Shown here piece after piece: positions 1-26,021 of a stretch of DNA of 64,000 nt (position 1 is its first letter; every line of letters begins with the position of its first letter). The notes below the pieces were generated by a model. It saw nothing but the letters and a program-made list of their open reading frames with translations, was not told where the DNA came from and did not search any database. Source of the stretch: Macrostomum lignano. Its lineage: Eukaryota. The stretch spans positions 146,400-210,399 of the forward strand of contig NIVC01002037.1 in assembly GCA_002269645.1 (NCBI GenBank). The letters are read 5' to 3'. The translations under genes and the position numbers were made by a program.

Positions 1-2598
1 CCACGCCTCCGCGAGCAGCTTCAAGAGACTGAGCGGCAACGATCGAAGCTTAAAAATCGACTGGCCGAGCTGGCCAAATTGATGTCCGAATCGATGGCCG
101 AGGAGCACCGGCCGGACGATGCAGCTGTTGCTATGGAAACGGCCGCCGCCAAGCTGGCTACCGTGTCTACGGACTCGCGCTATCCGTCCGATCCGAGCGT
201 TGAACATGACGACGAGGATCAGAGCGAATCTCTGGTGTCAGTCCCGGAAGCTGAGGACACAGTTGAAAATGTCGAGTTGCCTCCATTGGAGGTCGAGAAG
301 CCTCAGACGGAATCGGCCAGCGTTGCGATTCAGACTGACCAGCTGCTTGGGGTTGCGGATAAACCGGATCTGTGCGACAGGGTGGGTGGTGACAGTTGAG
401 AGCGGGCTGATTGATTGATTGACTGATTGATTGATTTTTTATTGACTGACTGACTTACTGATTGATTGTTTAATTGACTGATTAATTAATTGATTAGCTG
501 ATTGATTGATTAATTAATTGATTGACTGACTGATTGATTGACTGATTGATTGATTGACTGATTGATTGACTGATTGATTGATTGACTGATTGATTGACTG
601 ATTGATTGATTGACTGATTGATTGACTGACTGATTGATTGATTGATTGACTGATTAATTAATTAACTGACTGACTGATTGATTGATTGAATGATTAATTG
701 ATTGACTGATTAATTGACTGATTGACTGATTGATTGATTGAATGATTAATTGATTGACTGATTAATTGACTGATTGACTGATTGATTGATTGAATGATTG
801 ATTGATTGACTGATTGATTGATTGATTGACTGATTGTTTGATTGACTGATTGATTGATTAACTGATTGTTTGATTGACTGATTGATTGATTAACTGATTG
901 TTTGATTGACTGATTGATTGATTGACTGATTGATTGATTGACTGATTGATTGATTGACTGATTGATTGATTGACTGATTGATTGATTGACTGATTGTTTG
1001 ATTGACTGATTGATTGATAGACTGATTGTTTGATTGACTGATTGATTGATTGACTGATTTATTGATTGATTGACTGATTGATTGATTGACTGATTGATTG
1101 ATTGACTGACTGACTGATTGATTGATTGACTGATTGATTGATTGACTGATTGTTTGATTGACTGATTGATTGATTGACTGATTGATTGATTGACTGATTG
1201 ATTGATTGACTGATTGATTGATTGACTGATTGATTGATTGACTGATTGACTGACTGACTGATTGATTGACTGATTGACTGACTGACTGATTGATTGACTG
1301 ATTGACTGACTGACTGATTGATTGACTGATTGACTGACTGACTGATTGATTGACTGATTGATCGATGGATCGATTGAATAATGGTTTTATTTATTTTTTT
1401 ATTTATTCATTACTTCATTGTTTGGTTTTTCGATTAAAGCAGTACAGTAACTGTTTATTTAGTAGTTAGTCCAACATTAGCTAAGAACGATTGCTCAGGC
1501 CCCCCCATCGATCAATTCCTCCTAGGCCACGCAGTCTGTCACATCAGAGTCGCCTCAGAGCCAGCAACTGCTGGAAGCTCAAAGCCGTGAACGCCAGTCG
1601 CTGCTAGCCCGCCTGAAATCCGCGGCCGAGGACTGCGCCAACCTGAGGCTCGATCGCGAGGCGATGCGGCGACAGCTCGATGCGGCGCAGTTCGATCGGC
1701 GAATGGCGCTGGCCGAAGCCGAGGAGAAGCGGGCCGACTTGGCGACGGCGAGGCGAGAGGTCGACGACAGGGATGGGCGGTTGGAGAGGATGGCGGCGAG
1801 TCAGGTGAGACATGATGGGATTTGAGTCTGTGATGATGGGATTTGAGTCTGTGATGATAGGATTTGAGTCTGTGATGATGGGATTTGAGTCTGTGATGAT
1901 GGGATTTGAGTCTGTGATTATGGGATTTGAGTCTGTGATTATGGGATTTGAGTATGTGATGATGGGATTTGAGTCTGTGATGATGGGATTTGAGTCTATG
2001 ATGATGGACTTTTAATCTGTGATTATGGACTTTGAGTCTGTGATGATGGAATTTGAATCTGTGATGATGGAATTTGAATCTGTGATGATGGGATTTGAGT
2101 CTTTGATTATGGGATTTGAGTCTGTGATGATGGGATTTGAGTCTGTGATGATGGGATTTGAATCTGATGACCAATGCACAGAGAGTGTACATGCTTGATG
2201 ATTAGAAAGTCAGGGCCGAATTTTATTGCCAAATTCTCCAATTATGCTTGGCCTCAGGTGCGCACAGAGAAGGAGGTTGGCAATCTTCGAAGCCAGCTGT
2301 CAGAGCTGCGCCGTCAGCTGGACTCGGCCGAGAACAGTTGCCAAGCTGAAGCAGCCGAGAACCAGCGTCACCGGGCCAAGATCCTGAGCCTGGAGTCTCA
2401 GCTGGACAGCCGCATTCAGGAGCTCGCCGCGGTCACCAACGCGCTGATCGAGAAGCGACGCTCCGAAGAGGACCTGCTGGCTCGGATGCAGCAGCTGCAG
2501 CGGCAGCTCTCCAGCTCCGAAGAGACCGTGACCAGACTCAAAGGGCAGTTGGAAACCGAGCAAACTCGACCGCGAGTTGCCGCGCCCCTGCCGCCGCC

Positions 2599-2644
<46 letters not shown>

Positions 2645-5015
2645 AAGCAGCCACCAGTTCTGCCCACAGTTGAAGAGGAGGTGCAAACAGCCGACACTGC
2701 GGCACCATGGCCTGAGGAGATGAATCAACGGATGGCAGAGCTGGATGCCAGGATTAACCGGCTGATCGCTGGAGCTCGAGAGGGGGTCGGCGGTGGACCT
2801 TCGGAGCAGCGGCGGAGAGTGGGGTGGGTGCTGATTGGCGGGGAGTGGGGTGGGTGCTGATTGGCGGGGAGTGGGGTGGGTGCTGATTGGCGGGGAGTGG
2901 GGTGGGTGCTGATTAGCGGGTAGCGGGGAGTGGGGTGGGTACATAGGCTTCTCCTTCACTAATTCAGAATCCCAACTTCATCCCCGACCCCAATCCCACA
3001 GTGCCCCAGGCATCGAGCCAGAAGCAGACGAGCAGCCAGAGTCGGCAACCGCGCACCGCAGCAGCCAGCAAGTGGCCACTTCAACACCGCAGGCTCCCAG
3101 AATTGACACCCAAACTGAGCCAATGCCAACCAATCAGCGAATCGATTTGCTGCTGAACCGAACCGAGCAGTTGGAGGCCAGCAACCAGCAGCTGGCAAAA
3201 GATGTTCGAATGCTCCGGCAGATGTGCGCAGATCTGCTGGAGTCCCGAAAGGAGCTCAAAAATGAACTGGCGGTTGCTAAGGTGACGGAGAAAAATCGAA
3301 TAACTTAGAGTTTCTTCCTAGATCAAGCCTCCCATGAGCCCAAACAGTTTTATTTACTTAAATCCCATCATCACAGACTGAAATCCAATAATCACAGACT
3401 GAAATCCCATAATCACAGACTCAAATCCCATCATCACAGACTCAAATCCCATCATCACAGACTCAAATCCCATCATCACAGACTCAAATCCCATCATCAC
3501 AGACTCAAATCCCATCATCACAGACTGAAATCTCATCATCACAGACTGAAATCTCATCATCACGGACAGCTGAAATCCCAATTTAACCCCATTTTTAAAC
3601 CTCCATATTTTCGCCGCAGATGTCTGGCTCGACCTCAGCAGCCGCTAATCTGGAGAGCTCCGATGTGAGTCAGGCTCACCATCAGGGCCTGTCAGACTAC
3701 CTGTTCCAGACTGAGACCCTGAGGGCGATGATTCTGCGTCAGCTACGCGACCTGCAGAACTCCAAGCAGCGGCTGCAGTTTAGGTGTGACAAATATGAGC
3801 TGGGAACACATTGATCACAATTTCAAATCTCACAGTCCCGATTTCAAATCTCATAGTCCCGATTTCAAATCTCATTGTTCCGATTTTAAATCTCACAGTT
3901 TCGACATTAAATCTCACAGTCCGGATTTCATATCTCATTGTCCCGATTTTAAATCTCACAGTCCCGACTTCAAATTTCACAGTCCTGACTTCAAATCTCA
4001 CAGTCCTGACTTCAAATCTCACAGTCCCGACTTTAAATCTCACAGTCCCGATTTCAAATCTCATTGTTCCGATTTTAAATCTCACAGTTTCGACTTTAAA
4101 TCTCATAGTCTCGATTTCAAATCTCACAGTCCCGATTTCAAATCTCATTGTTCCGATTTTAAATCTCATAGTCCCGACTTTAAATCTCACAGTCCCGATT
4201 TCAAATCTCATTGTTCCGATTTTAAATCTCACAGTTTCGACTTTAAATCTCATAGTCCTGATTTCAAATCTCAGTCCCGATTTCATATCTCACAGTTCCG
4301 ATTTTAAATCTCATAGTCCCGACTTTAAATCTCACAGTCCCGATTTCAAATCTCATTGTTCCGATTTTAAATCTCACAGTTTCGACTTTAAATCTCATAG
4401 TCCCGATTTCAAATCTCACCGTCCCGACTTTAAATCTCACAGTCCGGATTTCATATCTCATTGTCCCGATTTTAAATCTCACAGTCCCGACTTCAAATTT
4501 CACAGTTCTGACTTCAAATCACAGTCCTGACTTCAAATCTCACAGTCCCGATTTCAAATCTCACAGTCCCGATTTCATATCTCACAGTTCCGATTTCAAA
4601 TCTCATAGTCCCGACTTTAAATCTCACAGTCCCGATTTTAAATCTCACAGTCCCGATTTCGAATCTCATAGTCCCGATTTCAAATCTCACTGTCTCAAAT
4701 TCGCACGGCAGGTCTCAGCAGCGGGAGCTATCTCTGTCACAAGAGCTGCAGTCTCAGCAGGCCGCCGTTGACAGGTCTTGGCAAGCCTTGCAGGCGAGTC
4801 TGAGCGCATCTGCCCAGCCTAGGAACTCTTCATCAGTTGGGGCTTATCGCGATTTCTACCTGAGACGCGCTGGCAACATCGTCGCCTCCAAAGCCAAGGC
4901 CGCCGAGTCGACTCGCCTCATTGAAGCCATTCGCCGACACCCGCTGAGCGACGCCGTCAAACGATGCGGATGTCGGCACGCTGACAACTGCCCGATGAAG
5001 GCGGAATGGCAATGA
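1..5015 (+). CDS. Gene A: 3' part of a multi-exon coiled-coil protein gene, 5'-truncated by the window edge; paralog of gene B
   Basis: Frame open from base 1. Exons <1-381, 1526-1804, 2258-~2790/2850 (donor ambiguous), ~2968-3281, 3620-3783, 4712-5015 (TGA). GT/AG boundaries with matching phases except the exon 3/4 junction. Heptad-like E/Q/L/R-rich sequence plus a poly-Pro tract. Exon sequences align to 22936-26021. Confidence 0.8.
407..1372. repeat. (GATT/GACT)n compound tetranucleotide microsatellite, gene A intron
   Basis: About 960 bp of tandem GATT and GACT units. Confidence 0.97.
1810..2170 (+). repeat. 21-bp minisatellite (ATGATGGGATTTGAGTCTGTG)n
   Basis: About 17 tandem units inside intron 1805-2257. 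Confidence 0.95.
2819..2941 (+). repeat. 26-bp G-rich tandem repeat at the exon 3/intron boundary of gene A
   Basis: About 4 copies of GGGGTGGGTGCTGATTGGCGGGGAGT. Confidence 0.9.
3356..3580 (-). repeat. 21-bp minisatellite (CACAGACTCAAATCCCATCAT)n, the reverse complement of the 1810-2170 array
   Basis: About 10 units; unit is the exact reverse complement of ATGATGGGATTTGAGTCTGTG. Confidence 0.95.
3820..4692. repeat. 21-bp minisatellite (GATTTCAAATCTCACAGTCCC)n
   Basis: About 40 variant units filling intron 3784-4711. Confidence 0.95.
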
Positions 5016-5237
5016 TGATAATAATAAAAATGGAAATATTACTACCATTCATGAAAATGATTTAAGAATTTCAAATACAATGAATTGAAATAGAATTTGA
5101 ACCGCCACCAGACTGACTTTGAAAAATAACAAAAAGTATAATAAATAAACAAAAATAAATTCAACCATACAGAAAAGCAAACACAATTAAACGGAATGAA
5201 TTTTGAAGTTTTGTTTATGCGAATTTTTTTGACAATT

Positions 5238-5780
5238 GCAGTTCTGTGACAGTGGCTTTGATTGGCTTGATTGTCTATGGCCGAGAGCAGTTTTGTGACA
5301 GTGGCTTTGATTGGCTTGATTGTCTATGGTCGAGAGCAGTTTTGTGACAGTGGCTTTGATTGGCTTGATTGTCTATGGCCGAGAGCAGTTCTGTTGCAGT
5401 GGCTTTGATTGGCTTGATTGTCTATGGCCGAGAGCAGTTGTGTGGCAGTGGCTTTGATTGATTGTCTATGGCCGAGAGCAGTTCTGTGGGGACAGTGGCT
5501 TTGATTGGCTTGATTGTCTATGGCCGAGAGCAGTTTTGTGACAGTGGCTTTGATTGGCTTGATTGTCTATGGCCGAGAGCAGTTCTGTGACAGTGGCTTT
5601 GATTGGCTTGATTGTCTGTGGCCGAGCGCAGTTCTGTGGGGACAGTGGCTTTGATTGGCTTGATTGTCTGTGGCCGAGCGCAGTTCTGTGGGGACAGTGG
5701 CTTTGATTGGCTTTATTGTCTATGGCCGAGTGCAGTTCTGTGGCAGTGGCTTTGATTGGCTTTATTGTCTATGGCCGAGT
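5238..5780. repeat. ~49-bp minisatellite downstream of gene A
   Basis: About 11 copies of GCAGTTCTGTGACAGTGGCTTTGATTGGCTTGATTGTCTATGGCCGAGA. Confidence 0.93.
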
Positions 5781-6031
5781 TTTAAAGGCAAAACTTTCTA
5801 TAGATTCTGAATATAATACAGAATATTGTGTGGCCACTGCTGTCCTTGAGAAATATTCTTTGAGAAAATTTATACCAAAGAGACATCCTCGAGCTCAGAG
5901 GATTTCCTTTTCTCATAAATATGTTTCTCAAAGTCAGTTCCTTCTCTCTGATGAGAAGTCTGGAGAGTCTTTGGGTGCACCAAGCCCGACTAAAAAACTG
6001 ACAATGAGCATGAGAAGTTCAATTATCTTAC

Positions 6032-6254
6032 TGTGATGACTTGATATTGAGAGTTTGCATTTGCGGTTTTGGGGTTGGCCTGCGCTGGGGGTTTGGGGGC
6101 ACGCTCAAGTTGCCTTTTAATTTATCGATTGTAATGTACGCACGTACTTTGTGCATACCTAATATTAAAATATATATATCGACTGATTCTGGCTTTTGAG
6201 CCCTCGTGTTTTTGTTATCGTCCGCCAAATATTGCAATAGTTGACTCTGTTAAA
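6032..6254 (+). repeat. 5' LTR (223 bp, TGTGATG...GTTAAA)
   Basis: Direct repeat of 10336-10558. Confidence 0.95.
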
Positions 6255-6255
6255 G

Positions 6256-6273
6256 TGGCGACGAGGATGGGAT
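6256..6273 (+). promoter_or_regulatory. Primer binding site complementary to the tRNA-Ser(GCU) 3' end
   Basis: TGGCGACGAGGATGGGAT is the reverse complement of ATCCCATCCTCGTCG-CCA, the conserved metazoan tRNA-Ser(GCU) 3' terminus; it lies 1 nt after the 5' LTR. Confidence 0.85.
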
Positions 6274-9200
6274 GAGTCTTATAGGCTCAATAGGACCCTT
6301 TGAAGAGGGCACTGAGACCTGGCAGCAGTACCAGGAGCGCTTAGAACAGTTTTTCACAGCAAATGAAATCAGCAATGAAAAGAGACGAGCCGTGCTGCTG
6401 AGCATCTGTGGCAGGGACACCTACCAGCTGATATCAAACCTGCTGTCACCGGCTCTGCCGAAGGACACGACCTAAGACGCCATCTGTGCTAAGCTGAAGG
6501 AGCATTTTGATCCAACCCCACCAGAGATTGTACGGCGATTCAGGTTCTACAGCAGAAGCCGTCAGGCAGGCGAGTCGGTGGCAGAGTTCCTGGCTGAGCT
6601 GCGTAAGCTAGCTCGGGACTGCAATTTCGGCGTTGGCCTCAGCAGCATGCTCAGGGACCGACTGGTCCTGGGGATCAGTGATGATTCCATTCAGCGGAGG
6701 CTCTTCACAGAGAAGGAGCTCTCACTGGACACGGCGCTGTCGCTGGCGCAGGCCCACGAGTCGGCCGCTCAAGGCAACCTGCTGGTGGCTAAAGGCGCCG
6801 GCTCTGACATGGTGCACGCTCTTCACCATTCTGCCCGGCGGGAGGCGGCCAGCGGGCCGCCAGCGAAGCGTTGCTATCGATGCCTGTCCCAGCGCCACCT
6901 GGCTGCAAAGTGCCCGTTCATCAATAGTAAGTGCTACGCATGCTCGAAAACCGGACACATCGCTGCTGCGTGCAAGGCAGCGCCGCCTGCTCAGCGGGAC
7001 GAGAGATCGGCGGGGCCGCAGCGAGCTTCTAATCGTCGCGTCGACTCGACCGTCCAAGAGCTGCAGGCGGAGGAGGCAGATGAGGAGGCTTTCTCGCTGC
7101 ACGTGATGGCCGCCGCCGTAGGCGGCAAGATTCCGCCAATTAAGACCACCATCGACATCGACGGCACGCCAGTCTGCATGGAGGTCGATACTGGGGCGTC
7201 TGTGTCACTCATCTCTGCGAAGACCTACAACGAAGTACTACGAGGGCGTCCCAGACTCGAGCGAGTCAACACGCAGCTGCGGACGTACTCCGGAGAGCTG
7301 GTGCCCGTTCTCGGCCAACTTCGAGTTCGCGCGCAGACCGAGATCGCCAGCAAGGTGCTGCCGCTGCTCGTGATCGATGGTGCCGGCTCGAATCTGGTTG
7401 GCCGCGACTGGCTGGCCGAACTTCCGCTGGACTGGCGAGACATCAAGCAGGTGCAACAGCATCCGTCAGGGCAACCAGGACTCAAGAGCCTGCTGGACAA
7501 GTACGCCGAAGTCTTCGAGCCGGGCCTTGGTCGGTACACGGGGCCCGCGGTTCGGCTGCAGCTGAAAGCCTCAGCGCGGCCGAGGTTTTTCAAAGCCAGG
7601 AACGTCCCGCTTGCGCTGAAGGAGAAGGTCGAGGCGCAACTCGAAAAAGAGATCGAACAGGGAGTGCTGAAGCCGGTGAGCAGCTCGGACTACGCGTCTC
7701 CGATCGTACCCGTTTTAAAGACAGATGTCTCGGTCCGCATATGCGCTGATTTTAAACAAACGGTGAACCTCGACGTCGAGCCCGACACGTACCCGGTGCC
7801 GAGAATCGAGGAGCTCTTCGCGAAACTGGCCGGCGGAAAGAAATTCACTAAGCTTGACTTGTCGCAAGCGTACTCGCAGCTGCCTCTGGACGAAGCCTCG
7901 CAAGAACTCTGCACCATCAACACCAGCAAGGGGCTGCTGCGGTACACGAGACTGCCGTTCGGAGTTGCTCCCGCTGTCGGCATTTTCCAGCGCCAGATGG
8001 ACTGCCTCCTGCAGGGCATTCCCCACGTCACCTGCTTTGTTGACGACCTGCTGGTTACCGGCGTGGATGATGACAGCCATCTGAAGACGCTGGAGCAGGT
8101 CCTTCGGCGACTGCAGCAGAGCGGCCTCCGGTGCGGCCTGAGTAAGTGCAGCTTTATGCAGCAGAGCATCAGCTACCTCGGGCACCGAATCGACGCCGAA
8201 GGGCTGCACCCTCTCCAGGACAAGGTGCGGGCGATCCAGGACGCGCCACCGCCCCGCGACCAGACGCAGCTGCGCAGCTTCCTCGGGCTGGTAAATTATT
8301 ACGGCAAGTTCATGCCCAATCTGTCAACCGAACTGGCGCCGCTGAACCAGCTGCTGAACAAGGGTGCCCCCTGGCGATGGGACGCTGTGCAGGACGAGGC
8401 GTTTCGCAGGTGCAAGTCGCTACTCAGCCAGGCACCGGTGCTTGCGCATTTCGACCGTCAGAAGCCGCTGGTGCTCGAGTGCGACGCCTCGCCTTATGGC
8501 ATCGGCGCCTCATCAGCCACCGAATCGACGGAGTCGATAGGCCGATCGCCTTCGCCTCTCGCACGCTACATGAAGCAGAGACCCGATACTCCCAGCTCGA
8601 GAAGGAGGCGCTCGCGGTCATTTACGGAGTTAAGAAATTTCACATGTACCTGTTCGGGCGAGACTTCAAGCTGGTGAGCGACCACAAGCCGCTGCTCGGT
8701 CTGCTGCACCAGTCCAAGCCGATACCAGCACTGTCTTCTGGCAGAATCCAGCGGTGGGCGCTGCTCCTGGCCGGCTACCAGTACTCCATGGTCCACCGAG
8801 CGGGCAAGTCGCTGCTTCGAGCCGATGCGCTGAGTCGGCTGCCGCTGCCGGAGAAGCCGAAGGAAGCGCCAACTCCAGCTGAAGTCGTCCTACTCATGGA
8901 CTTCCTGGACGAGGGACCGGTGACGGCTCGGCACATCCGGACGTGGACTCGGACAGACCCGGACTTGTCCCGAGTTCTGCGTTTCACTGAGACCGGCTGC
9001 TGGCCAGAGCGGCCGCCGCCTGAGCTGCAGCCGTACTGCACGCGAGCCGACCAGCTGAGCACCCAAGACGGCTGTCTGCTCTGGGGCTGCCGAGTCGTAG
9101 TTCCCGAGGCCGGTCGAGAGGCGCTGCTGCACTGCCTGCACCAGGGGCACCAGGGCGCCACGAGAATGAAGGCGCTGACTCGAAGCGTTTTCTGGTGGCC

Positions 9201-10209
9201 CAAGCTGGACGAGGCGATCGAGCGGCTGGTCGCCGCGTGCACCGAGTGCCAGGAGATGCAGAAGTCGCCAGGTCCGTTTCCACTGCAGCCGTGGGCGTGG
9301 CCGGACAAGCCGTGGTCGCGCCTGCACATTGACTACGCCGGGCCAGTCCAGGGCCGGATGTTGCTGGTTGTCGTGGACGCTCACTCCAAGTGGATGGACG
9401 TGCATGTGATGCCTTCGACGTCGTCGACTGCGACTATCGAGAAGCTGCGGTCGAGCTTTGCAACTCACGGTCTGCCGGACGTGATCGTCTCCGACAACGG
9501 TCCGAACCTGGTCAGCGCGGAGATGGAGACATTCCTGAGCAAGAACGGCATCCGGCACGTGCGCACGGCTCCGTACCACCCGGCGTCCAACGGCCAAGCA
9601 GAGCGAGCAGTTCAGACTCTGAAGCGTGCGCTGGCCAAGCAGCGAAGCGGCTCTCTGGAGGAGCGAGTCTCCCGGTTCCTCCTGACGTACCGAGTCACGC
9701 CGCATGCGACTACCGGGACGGCTCCCTGCGAGCTGCTGATGGGGCGGAGGCTGAAATTGTTGCTCGACCGAGTCCGCCCTGATCTGCCCGCCCGGGTGGC
9801 CGTCCAGCAGGCACTGCAGAAGGAGCAGCACGATGCCCACACGCACGACCGCCGCATTAATGTCGGCGACTCGGTGCTGGCGCGAGACTTCGCGAGAGAC
9901 GGACGCTGGAGACCGGCGACAGTCACGGACAGTTCTGGTGCGGCCGACTTCACGTGCCGGTTCGATGACGGCAGAGACGCACTCAGGCACGTGGACCAGG
10001 TGCGCAAGCCGGCCGCGGTCAGTCAGCTTCCGACCAAGCCGGCGGTACCAGCGGCAGCGGTGCCGCAGTGCGATGCGGTGCCGAAGGGCGCATCCGAAGT
10101 TTTTGCTGACGGCGTTGCTACTGAGGCTGCGGCGGAGCCTGACGCCATGCCGCAGCTTCGCCGTTCGATGAGGAAGTGCGCTGCACCTGAGCGACTGACT
10201 TACAGCTGA
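6272..10209 (+). pseudogene. gag-pol: Single gag-pol ORF, disrupted: gag with two CCHC knuckles, aspartic protease, RT, RNase H, integrase
   Basis: CYRCLSQRHLAAKC and CYACSKTGHIAAAC knuckles; protease EVDTGAS; RT LPFG and FVDD; RNase H DASPYG...EKEALA; integrase H-H-C-C plus HIDYAGP/SDNG/NGQAER. In-frame TAA at 6473-6475 and a 1-bp deletion near 8509. Confidence 0.93.
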
Positions 10210-10335
10210 AGTAACTGTTGTTGATGAACTCGATTTTAGTACCTTAGTTGTGTTGCTCGCTTCAATATTTTTTTTAATTATTACTAATAGTGTTAATTTT
10301 TGTTAATCTTACTTTCATACTTAAGTGCGAAGGGA

Positions 10336-10558
10336 TGTGATGACTTGATATTGAGAGTTTGCATTTGCGGTTTTGGGGTTGGCCTGCGCTGGGGGGTTGG
10401 GGGCACGCTCAAGTTGCCTTTTAATTTATCGATTGTAATGTACGCACGTACTTTGTGCATGCCTAATATTAAAATATATATATCGACTGATTCTGGCTTT
10501 TGAGCCCTCGTGTTTTTGTTATCGTCCGCCAAATATTGCAATAGTTGACTCTGTTAAA
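10336..10558 (+). repeat. 3' LTR (223 bp)
   Basis: Direct repeat of 6032-6254, preceded by GCGAAGGGA and followed by the TSD CTTAC. Confidence 0.95.
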
Positions 10559-10721
10559 CTTACCCTCGCCTTTGTTGAAGTCTTTAAATAAAAATATATT
10601 TAAAGCATAGAGCATCTGACGTGAAAACAGGGCTCATATCTCCGTAGTGTATTTTTTCCTATCCTTTTCAATTGCCGCCTATTTCTCCAGTGCTCATGCT
10701 GCAGTATCATAATTCGTCCTA

Positions 10722-11185
10722 CTATCCCATCCCCATATCACTAACCCATCCCCATATCACTAACCCCATCACCATATCCCTAACCCAATCCCCATATCAC
10801 TAACCCATCCCCATATCACTATCCCATCCCCATATCACTAACTTATCCCCAAATCACTAACCCCATCCCCAAATCACTAACCCATCCCCATATCACTAAC
10901 CCATCCCCATGTCACTAACCCCATCCCCATATCACTAACCCCATCCCCATATCACTAACCCCATCCCCATATCACTAACCCATCCCCATATCACTAACCC
11001 CATCCCCATATCACTAACCCCATCCCCATATCACTAACCCATCCCCATATCACTAACCCCATCCCCATATCGCTAACCCCATCCCCATATCACTAACCCC
11101 ATCCCCATATCGCTAACCCCATCCCCATATCGCTAACCCCATCCCCATATCGCTAACCCCATCCCCATATCGCAATCCCATCCCC
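10722..11185. repeat. 20-bp minisatellite (CCCCATATCACTAACCCCAT)n
   Basis: About 22 tandem units upstream of gene B. Confidence 0.95.
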
Positions 11186-11480
11186 TAATCGCTACCACAT
11201 TCTGCGTGCACTTTATCTATAAATACCTAGCCATATAAGAGCGCAAGTGCAGACTCAGCTATGGGTTGCAAATCAAATACTTTTACCAGACTTCTCGGCC
11301 ATAGACAGCACAAGGCAAATCAGTGCTTGGCTTTCATATTTTCTCTAATTAAATTTCAATCTGCACCCGAATAAAAATTCGCCAACTCACGCAGGCCGCT
11401 CAGAGGTCTGTTTGTGCAATTCATTTGAGCAACTTGGCACCAGCAATAACACTAGCAACAGTAACTCGACGACTGCAATA

Positions 11481-26021
<14,541 letters not shown>

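Larger units (their letters stand above)
6032..10558 (+). mobile_element. Full-length Ty3/gypsy LTR retrotransposon, Mag-like lineage
   Basis: 223-bp LTRs at 6032-6254 and 10336-10558 with 2 visible differences; 5-bp TSD CTTAC at 6027-6031 and 10559-10563; PBS at 6256; short purine tract before the 3' LTR; domain order gag-PR-RT-RH-IN. Confidence 0.97.

Noticed and set aside
3780-4530. FKSHSPD-repeat ORFs
   Set aside because: 21-bp intronic minisatellite; the flanking exons join in phase (AG|G) without it.
8890-9990. 366-aa antisense ORF in the LTR element, and similar antisense ORFs in the LINE
   Set aside because: Shadow ORFs of GC-rich coding sequence with no recognisable domain.
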